DNA from: Microcoleus sp.
Lineage (GTDB): Bacteria; Cyanobacteriota; Cyanobacteriia; Cyanobacteriales; Microcoleaceae
NCBI GenBank assembly: GCA_042408215.1
Contig: JAYFMW010000007.1
Coordinates: 192,001-256,000, forward strand
DNA: 64,000 nucleotides
Direction: 5' to 3'
Below, piece by piece: positions 11,392 to 22,300 of the stretch. Position 1 is the first letter of the stretch. Each line of letters opens with the position of its first letter. The notes below the pieces were generated by a model. That model did no database searches, was not told the DNA's origin, and saw only the letters and a list, made by a program, of their open reading frames with translations. A program made the position numbers and the translations under genes.

Positions 11392-13824
11392 ATGACTAAA
11401 ATGCCGCCTCAATGCAAAAATCTACAAGAACAGGTTGACTCTTTACTGCAACTGCTGCGTCAAGAATCGTCTTTGCGACAACAAGATCTTACAGCGGTGC
11501 AAGCTTCTTTGAAAAAAGCAATTTCTCCAGAGTTTGAGATTGTGTTTGCGGGTGCTTTCAGTGCCGGAAAATCGATGCTAATTAATGCTTTGTTAGAGCG
11601 AGAATTGCTCTACAGTGCAGAAGGACACGCGACTGGTACTGAATGTTATATCGCCTTTGCTGAGCCGGAAAAAGAGCGAGTTGTCCTCACATTTTTGAGC
11701 GAAGTTGAAATTCGAGAAGAAGCGTATGCTCTTTGCGACAAGTTAGGTTTAACTACTGAACTTAATATTAATCAAACAGATGTAGTACCGCTTTTATGTA
11801 AGGGATGTAACATAATTATTGAAAAGGAAGGCGGCGAAAATAAATCGGAACTAGCCAAACAAGCTAAGGCTTTGATGCTGCTGTTAGAAGGTTTTGAGGC
11901 AAATCGCGATCGCATCCAAACTCTCGAAAACGCCACCTACTCGATGGAACAGTTTAACTTTTCCAATCTCAAGGAAGCTGCTAGTTATGCTCGCCGGGGT
12001 AGCAACAGTGCGGTGCTGAAGCGAGTCGAATATTATTGTTATCATCCCTTGCTACAAGATGGCAATATTATTATTGATACGCCGGGAATTGATGCGCCAG
12101 TACAACGAGATGCAGAATTGACTTATGATAAGATTGAAAGCCCCGATACTTCGGCGGTTGTCTGCGTTTTGAAAGCAGCTTCGTCAGGGGAAATGACGAC
12201 GGAAGAAACCGAGTTGATGGAAAAGACGCGGGGAAATCCGGGAATTCGCGATCGGCTTTTTTACATTTTCAACCGCATCGACGAAACTTGGTACAACACT
12301 CAACTGCGACAGCGCTTAGAAAATCTGATTAATTCCGACTTTCGCGATACAGCGAGAGTTTACAAAACTAGCGGATTGTTAGGATTTTACGGTAGTTTGA
12401 TTAAAAATACCACAGGGCGCGATCGCTTTGGTTTAAATACAATATTTGCCGAAAGTCAAGGGCGATTTTCTGTAGATGGTAAATTAAATTCAGATTTTCT
12501 CGGTAGTGAAGAAACTCCGCAATTTATCAACGAATTCAACCGCTACTGTGCCAATTCCGGCAAACTACCTCCCAGCAAATTTCGGATTTCAGTTAATAGC
12601 TACGAAACACCAAATCAAAACTACGTGCGGATTCTTGCAGAACAAGGAAAACCGTTAATCGAGCAATTAATTCAAGATAGCGGCATCGAAGATTTTCGCA
12701 CAGCCATCACCCGCTACCTCACCGAAGAAAAACGCCCGCAACTGTTCAAAAATCTAGCAGACGATTTAGAAGACTTGTGCATTCAACTGCGGAAACATTA
12801 CCAAACAATCCAGCGTAATTTGGACAGCCAACCCCGCGAAATTGAGGCGATGAAAGCACAGGAACTTTTACGTTTAAATCAAGAATTGCAGCAAGTCGGA
12901 CAGGATTTTCGGGAACATATCGCCACAGAAATCAATGAAATGATTATGAATAAATGCGATGTTTTTGATAACGATTTTCAGCAACTGCAATCTCGGATGA
13001 TTCGGCGCTTAGATGAATTGCTAGATAGCTTTTCGGTTGAGGCAGCTTACGGGCGCACTGTGCTCGCTCATCCCCGCAATGCTACAGCACCTTTAATTGC
13101 TGTTTTAGTTGAGGCTCTTTACTATTTAGCCAATCAGTTAGAAGATATTTTAGTAGAGTCTACTGCGTCACTGGTTGTCAATTTTTTCCAGTATTTGAAA
13201 GACAGCGTTCGCAAATCTGAATATTATCGACTTCTCTATCGGTTGTTGGGGAATGACGGGGGAATTGAACAGCAGTTAGAGGAGTTGTCAAAGCGGGTTT
13301 CTGATGCTTTGGTAAATGCGGCGGGCGTTGAGTGCGATCGCTACGTGCGAGAAAGTCCCCGTTTTTACGACGAAGACACATTTTCGATTTATCAATTCCG
13401 GCAAACATTGCAGCAAACATCCCAAGGTTACGACTGCGAAAACATGGTAGATGCCCAACCAGCAATTCGGCAATTATTGCGCTTAGATTTCGAGCCAAAA
13501 GTATCAAAAACAATCCGACAAACCTTCCGACAAACTGTTAATAAGACGCTGAAAGATCATTTGTTACCGATGGCCCAAAAGCAAGCCGATGAGATTTTGC
13601 AGAAATACGATCGAGCCCGCGATTATGTGGAGCAAACTCTAGCACAGGAGGCGGAGGAGAAAATTGCGCGTAACCAGCGGCTACAAGCTGAGAATGATGA
13701 AAAGATCGAAAAGTACGATCGGGCGGTTTCAGGAATCAATAGCTGTTTGCAGGCGATGCAATTGTACGAGCATTTGTTGCCCGTAATTGGACAAAATGAT
13801 GGTGTTGTGGTGGATGGTGAATGA
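11392..13824 (+). CDS. Bacterial dynamin-like GTPase (SynDLP/KGK-clade-like)
   Basis: GAFSAGKS (G1), DTPG (G3), NRID (G4), long helical stalk, HPRN motif, Cys8 and a C-terminal Cys (INSCL); 810 aa; KGK gene downstream. Confidence 0.9.
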   Translation: MTKMPPQCKNLQEQVDSLLQLLRQESSLRQQDLTAVQASLKKAISPEFEIVFAGAFSAGKSMLINALLERELLYSAEGHATGTECYIAFAEPEKERVVLTFLSEVEIREEAYALCDKLGLTTELNINQTDVVPLLCKGCNIIIEKEGGENKSELAKQAKALMLLLEGFEANRDRIQTLENATYSMEQFNFSNLKEAASYARRGSNSAVLKRVEYYCYHPLLQDGNIIIDTPGIDAPVQRDAELTYDKIESPDTSAVVCVLKAASSGEMTTEETELMEKTRGNPGIRDRLFYIFNRIDETWYNTQLRQRLENLINSDFRDTARVYKTSGLLGFYGSLIKNTTGRDRFGLNTIFAESQGRFSVDGKLNSDFLGSEETPQFINEFNRYCANSGKLPPSKFRISVNSYETPNQNYVRILAEQGKPLIEQLIQDSGIEDFRTAITRYLTEEKRPQLFKNLADDLEDLCIQLRKHYQTIQRNLDSQPREIEAMKAQELLRLNQELQQVGQDFREHIATEINEMIMNKCDVFDNDFQQLQSRMIRRLDELLDSFSVEAAYGRTVLAHPRNATAPLIAVLVEALYYLANQLEDILVESTASLVVNFFQYLKDSVRKSEYYRLLYRLLGNDGGIEQQLEELSKRVSDALVNAAGVECDRYVRESPRFYDEDTFSIYQFRQTLQQTSQGYDCENMVDAQPAIRQLLRLDFEPKVSKTIRQTFRQTVNKTLKDHLLPMAQKQADEILQKYDRARDYVEQTLAQEAEEKIARNQRLQAENDEKIEKYDRAVSGINSCLQAMQLYEHLLPVIGQNDGVVVDGE

Positions 13825-13849
13825 TTGCGATTTTGGCGATTAAAATTAC

Positions 13850-14092
13850 GGCGATTGGAAATCGCGGCTACACAGACAAAACCCGCCTACGCGGGTTGAA
13901 AACATTCTTAGTCCGCGTAGGCGGACATTGTTTGTGTAGACGCGAATTCTATTCGCCGGGTATCTTTGGTTGTGAATACCGGGCGATTGGAAATCGCGTC
14001 TACACAGACAAAACCCGCCTACGCGGGTTGAAAACATTCTTAAGTCCGCGGAGGCGGACATTGTTTGTGTAGACGCGATTTCCAATCGCCGG
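13850..14092. repeat. Two tandem copies (132-bp period) of a ~110-bp palindromic element
   Basis: ggcgattggaaatcgcg.ctacacagacaa...ttgtttgtgtagacgcgatttccaatcgcc with an internal aacccgcctacgcgggtt hairpin. Confidence 0.9.
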
Positions 14093-14162
14093 GGCTATTG
14101 TCAAAAGAGAGATGCTACTCTAAAATAGCTAGGATGACAGTTAAAAAGACTTAGAGATTAAT

Positions 14163-14600
14163 ATGGAAGATAAATTTGATTTTCACAACTGTGGTAATGA
14201 TGATGCTTTATCTTTTGGTAACGCAATGCTTAAAGTAGGAAAATTGAAGGAAACAGTAAATAACGTTTTGCCGGAAAATGGGTTAGGACATACACTCAAT
14301 CAGTTGTTAAGCCAACAGCAGCTAAATATTGATGTAGGTGTACCTGAAAAAAAAGGTTTTTTATATGGGAAGTGGTTTAGTCAAGGTATAGATTGTGAAA
14401 TTCTCAGAGTGGGTGCTCAGGGCTGGAAGAAAGGAAAGATTAAGCTCAAACTCAATGTCACTATAGAGTTTTGTCCAGACGAACCTGAAGTAGAAGAAAC
14501 ATCAGAAAACAACGAGTCAGAAACTAGCACGCCAGAATCACCCCTCGATGATTTGCGCCGCCAACTACTCAACCTTGAAAATCAACCCAACAATTCATGA
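14163..14600 (+). CDS. KGK domain protein
   Basis: WFSQGIDCEILRVGAQGWKKGKIK...IEFCPDEPE...SPLDDLR pattern. Confidence 0.88.
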   Translation: MEDKFDFHNCGNDDALSFGNAMLKVGKLKETVNNVLPENGLGHTLNQLLSQQQLNIDVGVPEKKGFLYGKWFSQGIDCEILRVGAQGWKKGKIKLKLNVTIEFCPDEPEVEETSENNESETSTPESPLDDLRRQLLNLENQPNNS

Positions 14601-14842
14601 CTAAAACCCCTAGAATCCCCATTCCCCCAGAAGTCAGAAAATATGTATTCGATCGCAATAAATACCAATGCCAAAGTTGCGGTCAAACCAAACAAGAAAC
14701 CCAACTCTCGATCGATCATATCATCCCCCTAGCCCGCGGCGGCAGCAACGACATCAGCAACCTGCAAACCCTCTGCCGCACCTGCAACCAAAAGAAAACC
14801 GACAAACTAGACCCCCGCTTCCGGCGTCACTTTGACCTTTGA
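14597..14842 (+). CDS. Small HNH endonuclease
   Basis: CQSCG...IDHIIPLARGGSNDISNLQTLCRTCN; ATGA overlap with the KGK gene. Confidence 0.92.
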   Translation: MTKTPRIPIPPEVRKYVFDRNKYQCQSCGQTKQETQLSIDHIIPLARGGSNDISNLQTLCRTCNQKKTDKLDPRFRRHFDL

Positions 14843-15029
14843 TATTTAACAGTATTAAGACTTACGCATAGGGACTCCAGAAACCGGGTTTTTTACTGAG
14901 AAGACGCGTTACCAACCACAAATTTAGTAAAAAACCCGGTTTCTTTGGTCGAAATGCGTCCAGGACTAAAATATTCATCTCTCTCCTCTCTTCCTCTGCG
15001 CCCTCTGCGCCCTCTGCGGTTAAAAAAAC

Positions 15030-18000
15030 CTACCATCTATAATACCGATAAGGATCATCCCCCATCTCAAAATCCGTCCTATAATCCGAGTGATAAAACT
15101 CCCCACTCGAACCATTAAACACAACCCCATCCACCTTAAAACTCGCCCCCAAATTAGCCAAAATCTGAGCATTAGCGCGAGTTTGCCGCCAGCGAGTAAA
15201 ACGCAAATAAGTCTTAGCATCAGCATTCAAACCATCCGAGTCAAGCTGAGAGAAAATCGCCACACCCTTACCTACAGCAACCCGACTTAACAAACCGTCA
15301 GCACCAATTTCTCCCCCAGACTTAATCAACCAAGTATCATAAAAAGAGCGCGATCGCAAATCCGAACCACTAACACCCCTCACCTCATCCCAACCCGGAA
15401 CCGCCAGCGAACCACCGAAATCCTGAACAGGCTGCAAACCCACACCCAAACCAGCAACAGGCACTTGTCGCGGCAAGAAAAACGCCTTCCCCCCGCCATT
15501 CAAATAAGCCCGCAAATCAGCATCTTTCACATTAGCCTGGGCCCCCACAATCGTCAAACCAACATCCTGAGAAAGCGACTCAGCCCGCTGATAAATTACC
15601 CCCAAATTATCCAACTTCTTCGCATCCCCATCTCCCCCAATTAACACAACCCGATCCGGCTTCCCAGAAACAATAGAATTCATCCCGTAACTCACAAGTT
15701 TTTGGACTAATTGCGCCGCCCCACCATCCGCAGAAAAATGGTCTTCCAAATCCAACTGATTTAAAATCAATCGCCCTTTTCCGTAATCCAATTCCATCAA
15801 CGGCGAGTAAGCTAAATCAAACTCAGACTCCAAAATTGGCCGCCAAGAAGTGCGGTGTGGCTTCTCAATAGAAGCGCTGCTGACACCGCCACGATTTCCC
15901 CAATGCCAGCCGTACCAAGGCGAATTTGCCGGACTCAATCTTGCGGGTTTTTGAATTGTATCTGGGTAAGCTTCAAGCAATGTGCTTTCTCCTATCCAAT
16001 CCCGCAAATCTGCTTCATCCAAACCGCTAACTACTGGGTGGTTACTATCAATTGGATAGACGCGGCGGCTGACGTGTTCCGCAACCCGGAAACCCATATT
16101 TCGCAGCCATTCCCGGCGCTGAGGAAACACAATTGCCTTGCCACCATTCCGCACAAAAGTTTCTAAATTACCCGGCAAATTTTGCCCGCTAGAAAACGCT
16201 TCCCGACCAATAATTAGTAGGGGCAATCCCCCCGTGGTTGACCCTACACCATTCCAAGGCACAACTTCGTAACCTAATTGTTTTAACATAGCCGATGTTT
16301 TGCCAACCGGGTCAAATATTGCCACCGCATCTTTTACTGTGGATGGAGTGGAAAAAACCCGGAAAGCAAAAGTATCAGAATGCGGGCGATCGCCCAGCCT
16401 CGCAGTCAGGCGAATTTCGCCGTCAGCCTTGCCGGAAATTGTATTTGGAAGTTTCACATCAATTGGGAAAAACAGCGTCCCTGCCGTCTCAATAGTCCCC
16501 TTATTTTCGCCCTTTTCAACCACTTTCCTCCCCACCAAAACTCGCCAATTAAAAGCAAAATCTTGTTGGGCCCTTGTATCGTTAATTAATACTATTTGCT
16601 TCGCCAATTTGCTGCCCGCAAAAAAGCTGTGGTCTTTCGCAGTAAAAGTCGGCTTAGCACCAGCAATCCAAGCCAAAGTCGGGCCGTTATTATTCATAAT
16701 TGCTTCGCCCCCAGGATAAATATTGTAACCCTCTGGCTGCAAATGATGCAAAAGATTATTTGACACCTGCTTCAAATAAACGCCCCGCCGTCCAGGTTGA
16801 AATGGTCCAATATCCACCTTAATTTTGCCAGCATCCGAAACTTCCCAACCATGCCCATCGTTCCAAGGAATCATCCCCCCAGACATCCCAAAAGTCCGCC
16901 AACTCCGCCAAGTATTCGTACTGAACAAATGCTGCAACTTTTGAAAAGCCGGTGCAAAATCTAACTCTTTATTAAAATGCCAACTTTTATATTCTTGACC
17001 TTTGACAAATTGCTCGCTAATTTTATTTTTATAAGCCGGAGTTTCCAACTCATAAGCCTGTTTTCCCAAATAAATCGCCGCAAACTCCGTCATCCAAGGT
17101 TCGCTGACAATCACATTACCAAAACCAGCTCGATTTCGCATCATCGTGGCGTGTAGTGGTGTCCCAAATTCCACTACCATGTAGGGCATTTCTCCGGTTT
17201 TGCTCCACTCAGAAATCCATTCTTCTCGTTCTTGCAATGGGATTAAATTTAAATAAGAATTCAGCGCATAAACATCGCCAAAAGTCGCGCCTTGGTGTAC
17301 CATCACAGGTCTAGTTTTGTCAACTAATTTCATAGCAGCAAAAGCCTCATTTCCCAAGGTGGTATTTTCCTGGAAACGCCTTTTGTCTCTGGGGTTGAGA
17401 GTTCCTTCTACTTCTTTTTTGCCGATGCGGCGGGGATTTTGGTCGTCACTGTTGCCGAAAAAATTAGGACTTGTGGCCCACATTAATACTGATGGATGAT
17501 TGCGATAGCGGCGCATTTCTGTCGCCATTCGCCTTTTCCAGCGGTCTCTTGTTGGGCGGTTATTCCACTTTCCACTCCAAGCTAAGTTAGTAATATCTAA
17601 GGCGGGAGCCATAACTGGAAAGCCTTTGAGGTCTGCTCTTTCGGAAAACAGTTCTCGGAAGTGCCACCGACCCCGTTCGTCGTGATTCCAAGGCCACATT
17701 TCTATTATATTAAAACCGGCTTTAACGTAGCCGTCAATTAATTGGTCAGCTACTTCTACTGTGCCGCTTGCCCAACTATCGGAATGCAAGATTGGTCGCA
17801 GGCGAAATTCTGTGCCATTTAAGAAAAATTTACGTCCTTCTATCCAAAATTCTCGGAAGCCGAAGGGTTGGTCGTACTGCGTATTAATGCCACTTCCTTT
17901 TACTTCTAATTCCAGGGTGTAAAGGTTTGGTTGACCGACATCCCAAAGGCGGGGGTTTTTCCAATCCCACTGGACGTTTACGGTTTGAATTTGTTGAGCT

Positions 18001-18854
18001 TTAACCTGGGTAGTGCCGGTAAATTTTTGTTGGAGTTTGCCCTTTTCGTCGAGCATTTTAGCGACTAGCTGAATTTGACCTTTTTGTGTAACGTCTTTGA
18101 GTTCTACATCTAATTTAATTTGCTTTTTTCTGGTGGAAGTTTGGACGAATACGTCGCTAATTAGCGGGCCTTGTGGCAGGCTGAAAATTCGGACTTCGCC
18201 GATTATTCCTCGCGATAGCAGATTGGATTTTGTTGTGTAGATTTCTGTGGGACTCATAATCACGGCTTTGTCTTTTTCGTCGGAGACTGCCGCGACTAAG
18301 ATAGAAATAGTATTGTTGCCTGGTTTTGCTACTTTAGTAATTTCAATCGTGCCGTAGGGCCATTCAATTTGACCGCTGTTAATGTCGTTGACAAAGATGA
18401 CTGCATCGGTACTGACTCTGGCTAAATCGATGAAAATTCGGCGGTTTGTCCAGTCACTGGGAATTTCTATATTCCTCTGATACCAGGCTTTTGATAATTG
18501 TTTGCTGTTGAAGTTTTCCCAGTCTTTACCGGTGCCACGAGAGATGATTCCGGGTACGGATTCGCTTTTTTCTCTTTGCCAGTCTCCGGGTACCTGGATG
18601 GAGCCCCAGCTTGGGGATGGGGGGGGATTTTGGGGGTTGCCAATGGCGGGGACAAATTGCCAGGTGCCGTTGAGATAAATCTGGTCGCGTTTGTTGTCGA
18701 TCGCACCTAAGGTCGCTGGGGTAAGATTGGGAAAGCCGATCGAGATGACTGAGTTACTAGCCCAATTGGGGTTTTCAAGTGCGTAACCGATGAATCCGAA
18801 GATAATTGCTGCTGCGAAAAATAATCCGATAATTTTTGCCAGCTTTTGATTCAT
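15030..18854 (-). CDS. Large glycoside hydrolase family 2-like protein with N-terminal signal/membrane anchor
   Basis: LNGTWQF, PRLWDVGQPNLYTL, FGFREFWIEGRKFFLNG, RYRNHPSVLMW and VVEFG; hydrophobic N-terminus. Confidence 0.8.
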   Translation of the reverse strand: MNQKLAKIIGLFFAAAIIFGFIGYALENPNWASNSVISIGFPNLTPATLGAIDNKRDQIYLNGTWQFVPAIGNPQNPPPSPSWGSIQVPGDWQREKSESVPGIISRGTGKDWENFNSKQLSKAWYQRNIEIPSDWTNRRIFIDLARVSTDAVIFVNDINSGQIEWPYGTIEITKVAKPGNNTISILVAAVSDEKDKAVIMSPTEIYTTKSNLLSRGIIGEVRIFSLPQGPLISDVFVQTSTRKKQIKLDVELKDVTQKGQIQLVAKMLDEKGKLQQKFTGTTQVKAQQIQTVNVQWDWKNPRLWDVGQPNLYTLELEVKGSGINTQYDQPFGFREFWIEGRKFFLNGTEFRLRPILHSDSWASGTVEVADQLIDGYVKAGFNIIEMWPWNHDERGRWHFRELFSERADLKGFPVMAPALDITNLAWSGKWNNRPTRDRWKRRMATEMRRYRNHPSVLMWATSPNFFGNSDDQNPRRIGKKEVEGTLNPRDKRRFQENTTLGNEAFAAMKLVDKTRPVMVHQGATFGDVYALNSYLNLIPLQEREEWISEWSKTGEMPYMVVEFGTPLHATMMRNRAGFGNVIVSEPWMTEFAAIYLGKQAYELETPAYKNKISEQFVKGQEYKSWHFNKELDFAPAFQKLQHLFSTNTWRSWRTFGMSGGMIPWNDGHGWEVSDAGKIKVDIGPFQPGRRGVYLKQVSNNLLHHLQPEGYNIYPGGEAIMNNNGPTLAWIAGAKPTFTAKDHSFFAGSKLAKQIVLINDTRAQQDFAFNWRVLVGRKVVEKGENKGTIETAGTLFFPIDVKLPNTISGKADGEIRLTARLGDRPHSDTFAFRVFSTPSTVKDAVAIFDPVGKTSAMLKQLGYEVVPWNGVGSTTGGLPLLIIGREAFSSGQNLPGNLETFVRNGGKAIVFPQRREWLRNMGFRVAEHVSRRVYPIDSNHPVVSGLDEADLRDWIGESTLLEAYPDTIQKPARLSPANSPWYGWHWGNRGGVSSASIEKPHRTSWRPILESEFDLAYSPLMELDYGKGRLILNQLDLEDHFSADGGAAQLVQKLVSYGMNSIVSGKPDRVVLIGGDGDAKKLDNLGVIYQRAESLSQDVGLTIVGAQANVKDADLRAYLNGGGKAFFLPRQVPVAGLGVGLQPVQDFGGSLAVPGWDEVRGVSGSDLRSRSFYDTWLIKSGGEIGADGLLSRVAVGKGVAIFSQLDSDGLNADAKTYLRFTRWRQTRANAQILANLGASFKVDGVVFNGSSGEFYHSDYRTDFEMGDDPYRYYRW

Positions 18855-18942
18855 GGTTGTTTACCGTCAGAAAATTAGCTTATCCAATCTGTCCCTTCAT
18901 CCAGAATAGCAACGAGAGGGCAAGAGCGGGAGATTCGGAGAC

Positions 18943-19198
18943 GGGGCATGGGGCATGGGGCATGGGGCATGGGGCATGGGGCATGGGGCATTAATCTGCC
19001 TACTGACTACTGACTACTGACTACTGACTACTGACTACTGACTACTGATTACTGACTACTGACTACTGACTACTGACTAATGACTAATGACTACTGACTA
19101 CTGACTACTGACTACTGACTACTGACTACTGACTACTGACTACTGCCTACTCCCTACTGACTACTGACTAATGACTACTGACTACTGACTTCTGACTT
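18943..19198. repeat. STRR-type heptamer tracts, (GGGGCAT)x7 then (CTACTGA)n
   Basis: Directly visible 7-bp tandem units at 18943-18991 and about 19000-19198. Confidence 0.95.
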
Positions 19199-19329
19199 CT
19201 TCAAATCAGTCTCAGGGAAGATGGCAAGCTGGCCAAAAATATGGTTTGGTTGTAAGAAAATACATAATTATGATTAATATTTTTTAAAGTCAGTAAAGAA
19301 AGTAGCGCGATCGCAACAGGTCAACAAAA

Positions 19330-22300
19330 ATGAGTTTGTTTCAGGTACTGCCCTTACCAATTAAACCTTACGGTATTTCTAGATTTGCCACTGGCTCGGC
19401 ACTGTTGCTGACAACTTTGTTACTGTTTGCACTCAAGGCCAATGCTGTAATCTTATTTTTTGCCGCTGCAATGGTTACGGCTTGGTATGCTGGCTTAAAG
19501 TCCACAGAAAAAAGACTGGAAAAAGAACGAGCCTCTTTGATAACATCTATCTCAAAAGTGATGGGCACAGCCACCTGCTTGATTGTAGTTCTCGACAAGG
19601 AAGGACGCATCGTTCGCTTCAACCAAGTTTGCGAAAAAACCACTGGTTACTCATTTGCTGAGGTTGAAAATAAATTTGTTTGGGATGTATTCTTAATCTC
19701 CGAAGAATTAGACCCAGTTCAAAGAATTTTCACCCAACTCAAAACCGAAGATGTTTCCAGTCAATATGAAAATTATTGGCTGACAAAAAATGGTGAGATG
19801 CGCTTAATTAATTGGTCAAACACAGTGATTTTTGATGGGGACGGTTTGGTAGAATATGTCATAGCAACTGGTATCGATGTTACCGATAGCCAACAAGCCG
19901 AAATCGCCCTAGCTGTATCATACGATCAGCTAGAAACTAGAGTCAAACAGCGAACAGCAGAATTGACAGTAGCGAAGGAAGCCCTGCAAGCTCAAGAAGA
20001 ACGATTTCGCTGTTTAAGTTCCTGTTCCCCTGTCGGCATTTTTATGGCGGATATTCAGGGGTGCTGCACCTATGCAAACCCGCGATGTCAGGCTATTTAT
20101 GACATGAGTTTTGAAGAACTTGTAGGCGGTGGCTGGCAGAATTGCATTCACCCAGAAGACAGGGAGCTAGTGTTGACTCAGTGGCAGGATTATACCAGGG
20201 AAGGTAGCGAATATGCGATGGAATATCGCTTGCAAACATCCGAGGGAATTGTGCGCTGGGTTAACGTTAGTTGCTCCCCCATGTTTTCCGACTCTGGCGA
20301 ATTGATGGGACACGTAGGCACTGTTAGAGATGTCACAGAACGTCAACAAGCACAAGCTGCTTTATCCACCAGCGAACAGCAACTGAGAACACTGCTAGAA
20401 AATACGCCAGATATCATTATCCGCACCGATAAAGAACTGCGTTATGTCTACGTGAATCAAGCCGTAGAAAGAACCCAAGGACAACCAGCGCAGCACTTCA
20501 TCGGGAAAACCAGTCAAGAACTAGGAATGCCGCCGGAACTGTGCCAAATCTGGGATGAAACTCTGCATAAAGTCTTAGAAAATGGTCGGGAAGAAATCAT
20601 AGAATTTCAAGCACCATCAAGCAGCGGAATCAGAAGTTATCAATCTCGCATAGTTCCTGAATTTGACCAAGCAGGTGCAATTCAATATGCCTTAATTGTA
20701 GCGCGAGACATCACCGAACTCAAACTTGCAGAAGTTCAAAAAGCGCAACTGACAATCGAGCAAGCAGCCAGGGAAAAAGCAGAAATTCAACAACAGCGAG
20801 CGGCATTTTTAGCAGAAGTCAGCAAAATGCTGGCTGCTGCGTTTGATCGGGAAACGGTGTTGCAAAAAGTGGCAGAATTAGCAGTGCCAATTGTAGCAGA
20901 CGGGTGCTACATTCACTTAACAGAAAGGGACGGAACTGTGCACCAAGTCGCGCTAGCTCACACAGAAATTGGCATGGTTAATGCTGTGAATAAGTTGAGA
21001 ATTCGCAACCCGCTTGACGAGATTTTTGTGCATGGTTATCCCCTAGTAATTCGCACGGGAAAATCTGAACTAATTACTGAAGTTAATCAGGAAATTTTAG
21101 CAGCAGGAGCCGAAAATGAAGCAGAACTAGAAGTATTGCGTCCGCTGAATATCTGCTCCCACGCTTGCGTGCCGATGACGGCGCGGGGACGGGTAATCGG
21201 CGCTATTAGCTGCTTTACATCGAAGTCTGGCCGCCGCTACAATTCCGAAGATCTGGCAATGCTAGAAGACCTAGCTTATCATGTGGCGATCGCCCTGGAC
21301 AACGCTAGACTTTATGCAGAAGCACAGCAAGCACTGGCTCAAACATCGGAATCCTTTGCTTTAATTGACTCACTGTTGGAAGCATCTCCTTTAGGGATTT
21401 GTTTTCTCGATCGCGAAATGCGCTACATCCGCATCAATCAAGTCTTGGCAGAACTCAACGGTTTGCCGACAGCAGAACACTTGGGTCAAGACTTCCGCCA
21501 ACTGTTGCCAGAATATGCGGCAAAATATGCACCTCTAATCCAGCAAGTTTTAGAAACCGGTCAGCCACTTTTGAACGTAGAGATAAGCGGTGAATCTAAG
21601 GGAAAACCGGGAGATTTCCGACATTGGGTAGGTAACTACTATCCGGTCAAAAATGCCAGCGGAAAAATACTTGGGGCGGGCATAATTCTCACAGATATTA
21701 CCGTAGCTAAACAGACAGAAATAGCTTTGAGAGAAAGCGAAAGACGGTTCCGCAGCGTGGTAGAATCGAATATGATCGGTATCGGTTTTTGGGATAAAAA
21801 AGGCGCAATTACTGAAGCTAATGATGCCTTGCTGAAGATGATTGGATATACCAGGGAAGAGTTGGTTTCGGGAAACCTGTCGTGGTCGGAACTCACGCCA
21901 CCGGAATACGAATATCTCGATACAAAAGCAATCGCAGAAATCGCAGCTACCGGATATTGTACGCCTTTTGAAAAAGCATACATTCGCAAAGATGGTTCGC
22001 GCTTCCCAGTTTTAGCCGGTGGCGGACACTTCCAGGGATGTCAAGATCAAGGCTCGTTCTTCGTGCTCGATATTAGCGATCGAAAACTTGCAGAAGCAGC
22101 GCGATCGTCCATCAATCAAACTCTCGAAGCCCTAATTCGCGCTTGTCCTCTGGCAATTACCGTTTTTAGCGCCCACGACTATCGGGTGAAAATGTGGAAC
22201 CCAGCCGCCGAGAGGATTTTCGGCTGGAGTGAATCAGAGGTACTGGGCAATTTTCTGCCCAGCGTTCCCCCAGACAAGCAACAGGAATTCACAGCTAACT

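Noticed and set aside
13821..14085. Two overlapping ~80-aa ORFs between the dynamin and KGK genes
   Set aside because: Both are translations of the duplicated palindromic element.
18943..19198. CRISPR array in this and the other repeat tracts (47530-47863, 54597-54812, 13850-14092)
   Set aside because: These are tandem heptamers or two-copy palindromes without unique spacers, and no cas genes are present.
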